A stretch of 58,619 nucleotides of DNA from a virus (IMGVR_UViG_3300036900_000065:1-58619), one strand, 5' to 3'. Counted from the stretch's first letter, positions 25,719 through 35,963 are shown. Translations and numbers: made by a program. Notes: generated by a model not told the origin, from the sequence alone.

Positions 25719-27314
25719 CTATCGCAGGGGCGGCGGCTGCGGGATGCTCGCCGTCCTGCGCGCATTGGTGGTGGCGTTCGGCGTGACTGAAATTTCAGTG
25801 TCGACACCCCGGTTATACTGCAGCCTGAACTGAGCCAGCACGGCGAAAATCCTCAATTGGTTGATGAGGTCCGGGGGATAAAGCACATTGACGCGGTTGG
25901 GATCGTTGGGGTCGCGCTCGACGATCAGATTGTTCTTGAACGCCGTCGCGTTCTCCACCCGACCCAAGAACTCGTCGGCGCGATATTGCGCGATCAGTTC
26001 CGCCTTGATGATCTTCGGCGTGACGATCGCCTGCCCGGCCCCGAACCGCGTCCCGTCGTCCGCCAGCTTGTGGCGCGGATACTTGCTGGTGATCGCGTAG
26101 CGCTGCGAGCGGAACAGGGCGGCGAGCGTGGCGAGCGTCGGCACCAGTTCATAAGCGTCGTCGCCCTGACCGTAGAGGTTCTTCTGGTAGGTGGTGCTCT
26201 CCCGCAGGATCGCCGGGACGCCGTCGTCGTTGACGCCCTGCGTGGCGATGCCGACCCCGGACAGGGTGTTGCACATCGCCTTGGTGAACCGCTGGTGCTT
26301 GGGCGCGGGCAGGCACCCTTCCAGCGCGAGGGTCTGCAACGGGCGGGCCGGATCGTTCAGCAGCGCGCGGGCCGCCTTGGCCGCATAGGCCGCCGCCCAC
26401 ATCCACGGCGGCGTCGGGGAGTTCAACTCGATCCCCAGCAGCGACAGGACGCCGCTGTTCTGCGTCGGGCCAAGCGCGGTCAGGTCGGTCATCGTGCCCT
26501 TGTAGGCCCCGAACACATGGCCATAGAGCTGGCGCATCCAGCCCCAGCGCCCCGTGTCGGAGAAGCCATATTCGGCCTCGAGCGCCGCGAGATTGGTGCT
26601 GTCGGTGAAGCCGGTGGCGACATACTCGTAAATCTCGTCGCCAAGATTGCTGATCGCCTCGGTCAGATCGACCGTGCCCGTGCCGCCCGCCAGCCTGTTG
26701 TTGGGCGGCGCGGTGATCCCCAAGCCGACCGGGATGCGCTCCGCCGCCAGCGCCCCGCCATAGGCGAAGCGCACGTCGATCTCGTTGCCCTCGACGCCCT
26801 TGAACTTGCAGGTCAGGTCGAGAGCGCCCAGCGTGCCGACCAGCGCCGTCACCGGCATCGACGGGTCGGCGTTGATGGCGACCTCGATCTTCTTCGCCGT
26901 GTCGGCCACGTCCTCGCCCGCCACGATCTGCACCTGCACCCTGCGGCCAGCGATATAGACCGGCAGCGTGCCTGCGGAGGTCGCAGGCGTGGCGACGGTG
27001 ATCGCCCCCGTCGCCGGGACGCCCGCCGTCGCCTCCATGATCGGCACGACCCAAAGCTCCTGCGCGAAATTGTTCTTGGTGAAGAACTCGACCATCCCGT
27101 CGAGCATCGAGCCGTAACCGAACAATTGGCGCGCGTCGGCTTGGCTGGGCACCGGGACCGGCACGTTCTCGACGGCGGTCCCATCCGCCGTCATCAGACC
27201 GAACAGGAGCGAGGTCAGCCGCGACCGGGGATAGCCCGCCATGCTCGGATCGACTTCCACCCAATAGAGCGGCATCTTCCAGTTGGCGGGAATGGAGTTG
27301 AACGAGACGGGCAT
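25719..27314 (-). CDS. Contractile tail sheath (Mu gpL-like)
   Basis: VSFN.IP....PL..VE.D, DPARPLQTL, KYPRHKLADDG, PDLINQLRIFA. Confidence 0.95.
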   Translation of the reverse strand: MPVSFNSIPANWKMPLYWVEVDPSMAGYPRSRLTSLLFGLMTADGTAVENVPVPVPSQADARQLFGYGSMLDGMVEFFTKNNFAQELWVVPIMEATAGVPATGAITVATPATSAGTLPVYIAGRRVQVQIVAGEDVADTAKKIEVAINADPSMPVTALVGTLGALDLTCKFKGVEGNEIDVRFAYGGALAAERIPVGLGITAPPNNRLAGGTGTVDLTEAISNLGDEIYEYVATGFTDSTNLAALEAEYGFSDTGRWGWMRQLYGHVFGAYKGTMTDLTALGPTQNSGVLSLLGIELNSPTPPWMWAAAYAAKAARALLNDPARPLQTLALEGCLPAPKHQRFTKAMCNTLSGVGIATQGVNDDGVPAILRESTTYQKNLYGQGDDAYELVPTLATLAALFRSQRYAITSKYPRHKLADDGTRFGAGQAIVTPKIIKAELIAQYRADEFLGRVENATAFKNNLIVERDPNDPNRVNVLYPPDLINQLRIFAVLAQFRLQYNRGVDTEISVTPNATTNARRTASIPQPPPLR

Positions 27315-27335
27315 GGCGCGGTTCTCCTTGTCGGG

Positions 27336-27542
27336 TCAGGGGTGAGTGCGGCGCTTGGCCGCCTTTACAGCAGCTGCTGTTTTTTCACGCTCGCCTTCGC
27401 GCGCGTACCTTGCCTTCGCCGCCGCGCTGATCGCGGCGCGATGCTCCGGCGACTTCGGCACGCCCTTGACCGACGCGCTCTGCTTCGCCTTCGACGCCTC
27501 GCTCCGCACATGCCGCTTGTCTATGCGACGGTCATCGCGCAT
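27336..27542 (-). CDS. Small basic protein with NUMOD3-like motifs
   Basis: RSEASKAKQS..VKG.PKSPEHRAAIS. Confidence 0.55.
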   Translation of the reverse strand: MRDDRRIDKRHVRSEASKAKQSASVKGVPKSPEHRAAISAAAKARYAREGEREKTAAAVKAAKRRTHP

Positions 27543-28122
27543 GGCCCGCCCCGTTCCCTTTGCGCCCCGCCGCCGCGTTGATCTCGTAAATGCGGATGAT
27601 CTGCAGCACCGTAGCCGGGTCCACATCGGGCGGATATTGCAGCGTGACGCGCAGCGTGTCGAAGTCGTCGAGAACGACCGGCGGGAACCACCCGGAAAAT
27701 TCCACCTGCATCTCGACGCGAATTTCGAACAGCGTGGTCTCCCCGACCTTCGCGTATTGCGATTGCCGGTCCATCGCCGTGATGCCTTCGGTCAGATTGA
27801 CGAACTTGGGATCGGTCAGGAGGATGTCGTCCACTTCCGACATCGTCTCCTCCAGCTGATAGAGCTTGTTCTGGTCGTCGGTGTCGGCGTGCACCGCGCC
27901 CGAGAAGCCAAGCGTCAGGCTATGCTTGAATTTCGGCTCCGCATGGTTCGCGTTCCCCATCGGAGTGCGCTGCTCGCGCAGGATGTAGACGCCCAGCAGC
28001 GGCAGGTCGCCGGGGTTGACCTGCAGCATCGGCGTCTTGCGATAGGTCCGGAAGCGCGTCCCGAAGGCCGCCGCCAGATTGTCGTGCGCCTTGGTCGCGA
28101 TCATGCTGGCGTAGTGGCTCAT
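27532..28122 (-). CDS. Tail terminator/completion protein
   Basis: Position between head-tail joining and sheath genes; LP.L.VY..RE pattern. Confidence 0.65.
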   Translation of the reverse strand: MSHYASMIATKAHDNLAAAFGTRFRTYRKTPMLQVNPGDLPLLGVYILREQRTPMGNANHAEPKFKHSLTLGFSGAVHADTDDQNKLYQLEETMSEVDDILLTDPKFVNLTEGITAMDRQSQYAKVGETTLFEIRVEMQVEFSGWFPPVVLDDFDTLRVTLQYPPDVDPATVLQIIRIYEINAAAGRKGNGAGHAR

Positions 28123-28493
28123 GGGCCAGTGTCTTCCACTGGTTCTGGGTTGTAGGTGCGCAGCAGCAGCAGCCCGCCGCCCTGCCCGTCCTCGTCCACG
28201 TCCCCGATCCAGAACTTCCGCCCGACATGCGGGTGCATGGCGTCGGTGATCTCGACAAGGTCGCCGCGCTCTGGCGGCCTGACCGGGAAGTCGCGGAACC
28301 TGACCCCCAACGATGTTTGCTGGTCCGAAAAGATCGTTTCGTCCTGCATCTGCACGTCGACAGGCCCGGACGAATAGACGCCGCGCAAATCAAAGGCCGG
28401 ATCACCGGGGCTGCTGACCAGCGGGGTGAACCGGCACTTGATCGAGAAGATGTCGGAGGCCGGTGACAGCACCAGCCTGTCGAAGTCCACCAT
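28119..28493 (-). CDS. Head-tail joining protein (gpFII-like)
   Basis: Follows the capsid gene; P..GD.V, DV..DGQGG..L.L. Confidence 0.7.
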   Translation of the reverse strand: MVDFDRLVLSPASDIFSIKCRFTPLVSSPGDPAFDLRGVYSSGPVDVQMQDETIFSDQQTSLGVRFRDFPVRPPERGDLVEITDAMHPHVGRKFWIGDVDEDGQGGGLLLLRTYNPEPVEDTGP

Positions 28494-28502
28494 GCGCCAT
28501 CC

Positions 28503-29516
28503 TCAAGAATGCGTGCCCTTGAGCAGCGCCAATGGACGCGAGCAGAAGTTGAGCGCGTTCATCTGCGTGTCCATGTGCACGCCCTTGTCGTTGGGCATGT
28601 CGTACTGCTTGACGTAGCGCGGCAGCCCCATGGTGTTGACCGTCTCGATGTAGTCCGCAGGCGCATAGATGGTCGGGAACAGGTTGGGCACGCCGGTCGG
28701 ATAGAAGTACGCGAGGTCGGTCTCGACCATCGGCGCGCCCTGCGCGTAGCCGCGATAATTGGTCCACAGGATGCCGCCGAACGCGAACGATCCCCACGTC
28801 TGCCCGCCTGAGATGTAGGCGCTGCGCAGCTCCGCCGCGTCCTGCGTGTTGAGATAGGTCGAGCGCACTTCCAGCGAGCCGATCAGCGCGTCGAAGAACG
28901 CATCGCCGCAGATCGCCTCGACCCCGGTGAAGCCCTGCCCGTCGAGGTTCGCGCCCATGGTGCGGATGAGCGCGGCGCATTGCTGCCGAACCGCGCCCGT
29001 GTTGGTCGTCGCGCTGAACACGAAGTTGATCGCGGCTGGCGGGGTGATGCCGTACTCGTTGAACAGGTTGAGCGTGGTCCCGTCCGCGTAGGTGACGATG
29101 CCCTTGACCGCGCCGACCCGCGAGTACTCCTGCGTGTATTCGAGCGACTGACCCGCGCTCTGCATCCGCTCGGCCACCTTGGTCATCACCGCCTCGGTGC
29201 CCGTCTCCTGCCCGAATGGACGGACGCCCTGCACTTCCTCGGCCATGATGGCGTCGTTGATCTCGAAATGCGGCACGCCCAGCATCCGCATCGAGCGGCG
29301 CGGCTTCGGCATGGTGTGGCCGGGGCCGCCGCGCGGCGTCGGCGCGACCAGCGTGAGGATGTTGTTCTTCTCCTCAATCGCCACCACTGTGGTGGCGATG
29401 GCCGTTTCGTTGAACAGCCCACGGCCCGAGATGTAGCCGGGGACGAACTTCAGATTGTTGATGGCGATGGAGAGCGGCACCACGCCGAAGGCATCGCCGC
29501 GAAAGATGTCAAGCAT
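28503..29516 (-). CDS. Major capsid protein, lambda gpE family
   Basis: DIF..DAF.V..L..AIN, AEEVQGVR.FG, APADY.ETVNT.GLP.Y, Q.N.L..C.RP..L. Confidence 0.92.
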   Translation of the reverse strand: MLDIFRGDAFGVVPLSIAINNLKFVPGYISGRGLFNETAIATTVVAIEEKNNILTLVAPTPRGGPGHTMPKPRRSMRMLGVPHFEINDAIMAEEVQGVRPFGQETGTEAVMTKVAERMQSAGQSLEYTQEYSRVGAVKGIVTYADGTTLNLFNEYGITPPAAINFVFSATTNTGAVRQQCAALIRTMGANLDGQGFTGVEAICGDAFFDALIGSLEVRSTYLNTQDAAELRSAYISGGQTWGSFAFGGILWTNYRGYAQGAPMVETDLAYFYPTGVPNLFPTIYAPADYIETVNTMGLPRYVKQYDMPNDKGVHMDTQMNALNFCSRPLALLKGTHS

Positions 29517-29571
29517 TTCCGTGATCCTCTGTTAGCAGCTGCCTGTCGGCGAGCGGGATTGAAGGGGCCGC

Positions 29572-30315
29572 TCAATAGCGGACGATGATGCCTGCGGCGG
29601 CGAGCGTCTGAAGTCCGATGGCCTGCTCGGGCGCGGTGATCGCGCCCCACACGATCAGGTTGCCGTTGACCTCCGCGTCCCGCACGATGACCGAGATGCG
29701 CAGCCCGTTGGTTGGATTGCTGCCGCCCGCATAGAGCGCCAGCGCTTGGCAATCCGCGCCGACCGCAGCCGGGACGTAGGTGCCGGGGGTGGTGGCGGTC
29801 GGGGCGACCGTCTGCTTGAGCGGCTGGCCGACGACGACCGACACCGGATCGGCCAGATAGGCGTTGGCGCGCGAGCGCTGCCCGTTCGCCTCGGTCAGCA
29901 CGAACTCCGCCGTGTGATGCGGTTCGTTGAAGATCGTGAACTGCGGCGCGCCCGCCAGCGGGTTGACGTCCGCGAACGGGTCAACGCCTGCGACGATGCC
30001 CTTGCTCTCGTCGTCCTTGGCCCGCTCCTCGGGCGACATGAAGGCGCGCGCCTCGTCCTCCTTGACCCGCTCCTCGGGGCTGAGCGCGGCGCGCCGCGCG
30101 GCCTCCTTGCGCTTCGCCTCGCCCGCCTTGCGCGCCTCCTCGATGCGCTGCTCGCTGGCGTCGAACTCCTCCTCGCGGCGCTTGGCGTCGGCTGCATACG
30201 TCGCCTTGCGGGTCTCCGCCGCCCTCTGCTCCGCTTCCTGCAGGCGGGTCTCCTCGGCCTGCGCCCGCGCCTCGGCGTCCGCCTTGCGGGCCTCGATGGT
30301 GTCTTGCTCAGCCAT
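29572..30315 (-). CDS. Head decoration protein with long charged N-terminal extension
   Basis: C-terminal EP.HTAEFVL.EANG.RSR ... VRDAEVN...L...GIIVR; N-terminal E/R/A coiled coil. Confidence 0.75.
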   Translation of the reverse strand: MAEQDTIEARKADAEARAQAEETRLQEAEQRAAETRKATYAADAKRREEEFDASEQRIEEARKAGEAKRKEAARRAALSPEERVKEDEARAFMSPEERAKDDESKGIVAGVDPFADVNPLAGAPQFTIFNEPHHTAEFVLTEANGQRSRANAYLADPVSVVVGQPLKQTVAPTATTPGTYVPAAVGADCQALALYAGGSNPTNGLRISVIVRDAEVNGNLIVWGAITAPEQAIGLQTLAAAGIIVRY

Positions 30316-30344
30316 GTCCGAAACTCCCTTTCCTGTTTGGTCGG

Positions 30345-31361
30345 TTACTTGTTGGTGCGGGCGTTGAGCTTGGCGGTGATTTTGTCCCACGACGCCGCCG
30401 TCTGCTTCTGCACGGGCACGCCGTGGTGCGAGTTCAGCACCGGCTCCTCGACCGCCGCCGTCAGCAGTTCCTTGCGCACCTGCTCGACCGACGTGTTGGC
30501 GCGCACATAGGCCCCGACCCGCTCGGGCGCGCGCGCCAGCGTGCACAGGTCGGTGACGCTGGCGACATAGGCCTGATGCTCCTCGATCCCCTGACGGCGG
30601 GCCGCGTTCAGGTCGATCACCTCCGCCGATGACGAGCGCGGCGCGGGGTCGGCGACCGGCGGGGCAGGCGGGGCCGGTTGTGGAACCGGCTCCACCACCG
30701 GCCCCTCGGGCTTCGCGTCAGGAGGAGGCGGGTCGCCCTGATCGTCGCCCGTCTGTGCGCGGACCCGCTCCGCAGCTGCTTGAGGCAGCAGGCGCAGCGA
30801 ATAACGCGCCGCCATCTTCACCTCTTTCGTCACCTCGTCGGCGAAGCCCCATTCCTTCGCCTCCGCCGCGTCCATCAGCCGGTCTTCCTTCATCAGCGCC
30901 TTGACCTTGGCGGTGCTGGACTTCGAGCGCGCGGCGTAGGTCGCGGTCAGCGACTTGTCGATCCGGTCGAGGTCGTCGGCCACCGCCCGCATGTCGTCGG
31001 CGTTGCCGAACGAGAAGCCCGACGCCCCGTGCACCAGCATGAAGCTGTTCGCGGGCATGACGATCTTGGCCGCCGCCATGGCGATGAACGAGGCCGCCGA
31101 CGCCGCGAGGCCGTCGATATGCGCCGTCACCGTCGCCTTGTGGTTCTTGATCGCGTTGTGGATCGCCACCCCGTCGAACACGTCGCCGCCGGGAGAGTTG
31201 ATCCGCAGGGTGATCGCGTCCACGTCGCCCAACGCGTTGAGCTCGTCCAAGAACGACTTGGCGCTGACCGTATCCTCGCCCCACCATGACTTGCCGATCT
31301 CGTCATAGATGACGATCTCCGCAGACTTGTCTGCAGCCTTCATCGTGAACCACTGGCGCAT
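30345..31361 (-). CDS. ClpP-like head maturation protease/scaffold
   Basis: IYDEIG, RINSPGGDVFDG, IDGLAASAAS.IAMA, GFAD. Confidence 0.92.
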   Translation of the reverse strand: MRQWFTMKAADKSAEIVIYDEIGKSWWGEDTVSAKSFLDELNALGDVDAITLRINSPGGDVFDGVAIHNAIKNHKATVTAHIDGLAASAASFIAMAAAKIVMPANSFMLVHGASGFSFGNADDMRAVADDLDRIDKSLTATYAARSKSSTAKVKALMKEDRLMDAAEAKEWGFADEVTKEVKMAARYSLRLLPQAAAERVRAQTGDDQGDPPPPDAKPEGPVVEPVPQPAPPAPPVADPAPRSSSAEVIDLNAARRQGIEEHQAYVASVTDLCTLARAPERVGAYVRANTSVEQVRKELLTAAVEEPVLNSHHGVPVQKQTAASWDKITAKLNARTNK

Positions 31362-31373
31362 GTCGTCGCCTCC

Positions 31374-32918
31374 CTATGCCGCGTCGTCGTCCGCCGCGTC
31401 CTGCGCGGCCTGATCTATCGCGTCCTGCTGATCCGCCGCCGCCTGATCCGCCGCCGCCTGATCGCTTGGCGACATCGGCTGGCTGGCCGCCGAATAGACA
31501 ACCGGGAACACCAGATCGAGCTTCTCCTCGCGCGCCTTGTCGGCGGCGATGCGGCGGTCGTTCTCCTCCGGGTCGCTGCCCTCGGCCTCGATCACGTCGC
31601 TGCGCGCCTTGAAGCCTGCATCGACCGCCAGCTTCTCCGCCTGCCGGTCCTTGAGCGGGTCGACCCAATCATTGCGCTGCGGTATCCACTTGGCGCGCTG
31701 ATAGCCGGGCCGATTGGCGAGATAGACGCTCGGCGCGATGGCGATGGCCTCGGCCAGCACCGCCGTGTCCAGCCAGCGCTTCCAGATCGGGGCGCACATC
31801 TGGAACACGATGATGTTGTGCTGGAACTGCTCCAGCTTGCGCCGGAACTCGACGATGGAGCCGCGCAGCGACGAATAGTTCGCCCGCCTGAGGTCGGAGG
31901 TGGCGAGGGTGTAGGGGATGCCCAGCGCGCCATAGAGCGCCAGCTGCTGGCGGTACTGATAGGCCTCATAGGAACCGCCGACATCGGCAGGCTCCGAGAA
32001 CTTGATGTCCTCGCCGGGCAGCAGCGTCTGCATCGTCCCCGGCTCAAGGCCCGACAGGCCGATGTTGTCCTGCGGCGCGGTGGCGTCGAGGCCGTCGATG
32101 GGGATCACGTCCTCGGGGGTGGCGGTGGTGACGAAGCCCGCGAACATCGCCGCGATCCGCTTCCGTTCAAGCTCCGCGTCGTCGTACTGGTCGAGCAGGA
32201 ACATGCGGACCAGCGCCGGGGTGACGAGCGGCACGCCGCGCATCTGCCCCGGTCGGGTGCACTTGAAGACGTGCAGCACTTCCGACGCCGGGACGCGCAC
32301 GGGCGTCAAGCTGCCGCTGGCGTCGACCGGCACGTCGCCGGGGTGGTTGGGGAAGAACCAGTAGGCGGCCCGCTTGCCCCGCAGGTCAAGCTCGATCCCG
32401 TTCATGATGTAGTTGCCGTTCGCCGCATATTGGTTGTACCAGTATGGGCACATCTCACTTTCGAGCAATTGCACCTGCATCGGCACCGCCATGCCGTCCT
32501 CGGGGCGGCGGTTGCGGAAGCGGATGAAGCATTCGCCCGCCTCGAAGATCGCGCGGGCGACGATGGTCTGCAGGCCGTAAAAATCCGCGATCCCGTCCGC
32601 GTCGGCCAGATCGGTCCAGTCGAGCCACGTCTCCATGATGTCCTCGCGGACATCCGGCTGGGCCTTGAGCAGCGACGACGGCTTGATCCCGGTGCCGATC
32701 AGGTTAGCGACCCAACTCTCGATGGCGGCGGTGGCGTGCGGATTGTTCCGCATCGCATCACGGGCGCGTGATCGCAGCAGCGGGCCGGTCGAGGCCATGA
32801 TGACGTTGGTGGTGTACTGGGTCGGCGCCCACGACCGGAGCCGCCGCCGCTGGCCCGCCGCGTCGAACTGGTTGCGGATGGCGGGCTTCTTGCCGAACAG
32901 AAAGTCCTTGAGGCCCAT
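31374..32918 (-). CDS. Portal protein, lambda family
   Basis: LRSRARD..RNNP, RPGQMRGVP, NYSS.R, WVDPLKD. Confidence 0.95.
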   Translation of the reverse strand: MGLKDFLFGKKPAIRNQFDAAGQRRRLRSWAPTQYTTNVIMASTGPLLRSRARDAMRNNPHATAAIESWVANLIGTGIKPSSLLKAQPDVREDIMETWLDWTDLADADGIADFYGLQTIVARAIFEAGECFIRFRNRRPEDGMAVPMQVQLLESEMCPYWYNQYAANGNYIMNGIELDLRGKRAAYWFFPNHPGDVPVDASGSLTPVRVPASEVLHVFKCTRPGQMRGVPLVTPALVRMFLLDQYDDAELERKRIAAMFAGFVTTATPEDVIPIDGLDATAPQDNIGLSGLEPGTMQTLLPGEDIKFSEPADVGGSYEAYQYRQQLALYGALGIPYTLATSDLRRANYSSLRGSIVEFRRKLEQFQHNIIVFQMCAPIWKRWLDTAVLAEAIAIAPSVYLANRPGYQRAKWIPQRNDWVDPLKDRQAEKLAVDAGFKARSDVIEAEGSDPEENDRRIAADKAREEKLDLVFPVVYSAASQPMSPSDQAAADQAAADQQDAIDQAAQDAADDDAA

Positions 32919-33341
32919 CTAAAGACCTTTGTCGGCTTGGGTGGTCATCCTGATCTGCCGGATGCGCCCGCCGCCGCCCAGCGCCTCAGCGAGGTCTTCT
33001 TCCAGCCCGTTGAGGATTTGCTGCAATTCGGACAGCGAGCGGAACTCGGTCCGCTTGTCGCCATAACCCGCTGAGTTGACGCCCGAATTGATGACGGTGG
33101 TGATCTGGGCGATTTGACCCGCCAGTTCGTCTGGCGTGGACTTGCCCCGGCGGGTCGCCAGCCATTTCCGGGTCGCCACGAGTTGCGCGCTCGGCCCCAC
33201 TTGCCACGTCTTGCGCGGCGGGATGCTGGCCGGTCCCGGTTGCTCGGCGATGAAGGGGGAAGCAACCACCGGCCCGCCCGCCGCCGCGATCTGCGCCCTG
33301 AGCGCCGCGTTCTCCCGCAGCAGGTCTTCGTTGGTTGGCAT
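32919..33341 (-). CDS. gpW-like head completion protein with N-terminal extension
   Basis: SG..S..YGDKR.EFRSL.EL, C-terminal KGL; between terminase and portal. Confidence 0.75.
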   Translation of the reverse strand: MPTNEDLLRENAALRAQIAAAGGPVVASPFIAEQPGPASIPPRKTWQVGPSAQLVATRKWLATRRGKSTPDELAGQIAQITTVINSGVNSAGYGDKRTEFRSLSELQQILNGLEEDLAEALGGGGRIRQIRMTTQADKGL

Positions 33342-33354
33342 TCGCGGGGCGCAA

Positions 33355-35400
33355 TCAGGCCCCCAGATAGTTCGACCGGATGATCCGTCGCGCGCGCCGC
33401 ATGACCTGTTGGATGACCGGCGGCGGCGGGGAGACTTGCGGTGCTTGGACTACCTCGGGTGGGGTTGCCGGCTGCGTGCCGTCGCCACCCTTAGTGGCTG
33501 CGGGTTTGTTTGGCAATGGGATACGCTGGACGTTCAGGAGATAGCCGCACGCCGCCTGCATCGCCTCGCAGTCGAAGAAATGGTTGTCCCGGCTCCGCTG
33601 CACCCACTCGACCCGCCCCGATGGCTGCTTGAGCCGCGCCTCGGACACAAGCTGATGGCAATAGTCGTCGTCGACGCCCCGGAACACCTTCCACGCCCCG
33701 GTGTGGCCCTCGGGCCAGCGCAGGCGCTCATGCACCCATGACTTCCAGTGGTCGGTGTCCAGCCGCACAAGGTCGAGGCCGTACTTGGCCGCCTTGCCGT
33801 CCTTCCGGCTGACCTCGATCTTCGAGAAGATCAATGGCGTCCGCATCGCCGTGGCCGACCCCTTGGTGGGCCGCACCCGCCGCATGAACCGGCGACAGAA
33901 CTCGTAGACGCGGTTCAGGGGCAGGGTGTCGGTCTTGCCGGGGCGGAAGCCGCTGTCGACGAAGCAGAGCTTGATCGGCAGGCCGCCGACCGGGGTCGTG
34001 AGCAGATCGCCCAGCGCCGCCCACACTTCCTCCTCCGCCGTGTCGCCGCGCAGATAGCCGTAGTTCACCAGCCATGACGAGGCGCGCGGTCCCCAAGCCC
34101 GGATCACCCATGGGATCGTCGTGCGCTGCACGTCGCAGGTGAGCGTCAGATAGAGCGCCTCCTCGGGCACGTCGCCGCGCGCATAGGCCGACATGCGCGA
34201 CTTCTCCTTGATCTCCATCCACTCGGGCACGTCGCCGCCGCCGGGGGAATGCAATTCCCCGAAGCCCGCGTTCATCGCCTGCTGCACCATCGCGTCGTCG
34301 CCGGATTGCTGCGCCTCGACCAGCGTGGCGATGCGTTCCGCGAAGGTGACGAACGGCGAAGCCAGCCCCGACACCCAATAGGAGAGCGTCAGGCGCTCGC
34401 GCGGCGCGCCGTGGATTATTCCTCGCCTGTCGATGGATTGCCCCGGCGCGACGAAGCGCCCGCGCTCGTTCATCATCGCCTTATGCTCGTCGCGGATGTG
34501 GCCGCCGCACTCGTCGCGCGGGCAGAGCATGAACGCCTCGCGGCCCGCCTCCATCGGCGAGGCGTGGTTCGGGAAGCGCATCAGGTCGAAGCGCGGCACG
34601 AAATACTCGCCGCAATGCGGGCACGGCCAGCACCAGTGATGGCGGGTGCCCTGCTGCCAGAGTTGCCAGATCGGACTTTCAATGTCCTCGACCACGGCAA
34701 CGTCCCAGAAGATGAGGCCCGACGAACCATCGCGCTGCGCCGCCACTCTGCCGCGCTTGGGCGTCGATGTCACCACGCAGACAAAGTCTGCATAGGTGTC
34801 GCCGCGCCGCTCGACCAGACCCAGCGGGCCGCCCTGATCGTTCACGTTCGCCCGCATCTCGTCGTACTCATCGACCAGCGCCAGCGCGGCGGGATCGGAT
34901 TTGAGCGCCGTGGTCGATCCGGCGTGCGCGAGGCGGAACGGCACGCCCGACACCATCTTGCGCGTCTTGGTCATCCGCTTGCCGCGCGCCACCTTGTCGA
35001 CCAGCGTGGCGGCCCCGTCGAGCAGCGCCATCACGCGCGGCTCGAACTGCTCCGAGAGGAATTGCTTGTTGGGGCCGACGTAGAGGATCGGCACCGGCTG
35101 CTGGTCGAGCCGCTGGCCCGCCACGTCGAGCATGAGCTCGGTCTTGCCGGTCTGTGCGCCGAACACCAGCACGACCCGCTTGTGCGTCCCCGCCGCAATC
35201 GTCCGCCCCGGCTCGACGATGTACGGCGTCAGGTACGGATCACGCGGCCCCGGCACCCCCGATGTCTGCGGATGCGTGCGGTTCGCCGCCGCCCATACGT
35301 CCGGTGGCATCGGCCTCGATGGCCGCGCCATGATCGCGACGCGCTCCCATAGCAGCTGCTTTTTGGGTGGCAAGATCGGCGATGCGGTCGAGGATGTCAT
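33355..35400 (-). CDS. terL: Terminase large subunit, lambda GpA family (start may be 35331)
   Basis: GAQTGKTE Walker A, LVDEYD Walker B, PCPHCG, DVQ, DSG, NHFFDC. Confidence 0.95.
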   Translation of the reverse strand: MTSSTASPILPPKKQLLWERVAIMARPSRPMPPDVWAAANRTHPQTSGVPGPRDPYLTPYIVEPGRTIAAGTHKRVVLVFGAQTGKTELMLDVAGQRLDQQPVPILYVGPNKQFLSEQFEPRVMALLDGAATLVDKVARGKRMTKTRKMVSGVPFRLAHAGSTTALKSDPAALALVDEYDEMRANVNDQGGPLGLVERRGDTYADFVCVVTSTPKRGRVAAQRDGSSGLIFWDVAVVEDIESPIWQLWQQGTRHHWCWPCPHCGEYFVPRFDLMRFPNHASPMEAGREAFMLCPRDECGGHIRDEHKAMMNERGRFVAPGQSIDRRGIIHGAPRERLTLSYWVSGLASPFVTFAERIATLVEAQQSGDDAMVQQAMNAGFGELHSPGGGDVPEWMEIKEKSRMSAYARGDVPEEALYLTLTCDVQRTTIPWVIRAWGPRASSWLVNYGYLRGDTAEEEVWAALGDLLTTPVGGLPIKLCFVDSGFRPGKTDTLPLNRVYEFCRRFMRRVRPTKGSATAMRTPLIFSKIEVSRKDGKAAKYGLDLVRLDTDHWKSWVHERLRWPEGHTGAWKVFRGVDDDYCHQLVSEARLKQPSGRVEWVQRSRDNHFFDCEAMQAACGYLLNVQRIPLPNKPAATKGGDGTQPATPPEVVQAPQVSPPPPVIQQVMRRARRIIRSNYLGA

Positions 35401-35875
35401 TGCGTGCCGTTTCGATTGTGCGCCTTAGCTGCAAGTCGCGAGTACACCGCGCGGGCAGGCCCGACAGTTCAGAGCGGAGCAGTCCGACCAAGTCCTCGAC
35501 CGCCTCCAATGCTTCGTCAAGGTCGATGAGGCGGCCTTCGCGTATGGCCGTGCGCAGTTCGATCTCCCGCGCGCGGGCATCCGAGATGCGGGTGGCCGCC
35601 GCCGTCTTGGTCTGGCGCTTCTCAACGTCGTCGCGGAACCGGATGTATCCCTGCACCACGTCGACCAGCGCATAGCGGGTGTTCGCCCCGGTGCCGTGCT
35701 TCGGTATCCATCCCTCGCGCGATAGCTGGCGGATGCGCTCCGCCGATTTCATCAACAGGCGGGCCGCCATCTCCGCCGTCATCAACGATCCGCGCGGCGC
35801 GTCCGGGGCCGGGGCCGCCATTTCCGGGGCCGGGGCCGCGCCCTCGCCGCTAAGAGATTGATCTTCCGGCATCAT
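35240..35875 (-). CDS. terS: Terminase small subunit (Nu1-like)
   Basis: wHTH (AARLL..SAERIRQL..EG.I) plus coiled coil; GAGGAGG RBS; overlaps terL. Confidence 0.8.
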   Translation of the reverse strand: MMPEDQSLSGEGAAPAPEMAAPAPDAPRGSLMTAEMAARLLMKSAERIRQLSREGWIPKHGTGANTRYALVDVVQGYIRFRDDVEKRQTKTAAATRISDARAREIELRTAIREGRLIDLDEALEAVEDLVGLLRSELSGLPARCTRDLQLRRTIETARNDILDRIADLATQKAAAMGARRDHGAAIEADATGRMGGGEPHASADIGGAGAA

Positions 35876-35892
35876 TCACCTCCTCGAAAAAA

Positions 35893-35933
35893 TGATAAGG
35901 GGAGCTTGCCAAGCAAGGTCGGCTTGCCATATC
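35893..35933 (+). promoter_or_regulatory. Early promoter with tandem AAG-N5-CTT operators
   Basis: TGATAAG-GGGAG-CTTGCCA, AAGCAAG-GTCGG-CTTGCCA; -35 TTGCCA, -10-like GCCATATC. Confidence 0.65.
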
Positions 35934-35963
35934 TGGGCTTCGTAATTCTTTCGGAGCAAGCCA

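Noticed and set aside
7634-35352. Many long plus-strand ORFs opposite the structural genes (e.g. 7840-9624, 10447-12183, 25857-27581)
   Set aside because: Antisense shadows of high-GC coding sequence; Arg/Ala-rich with no motifs or RBS
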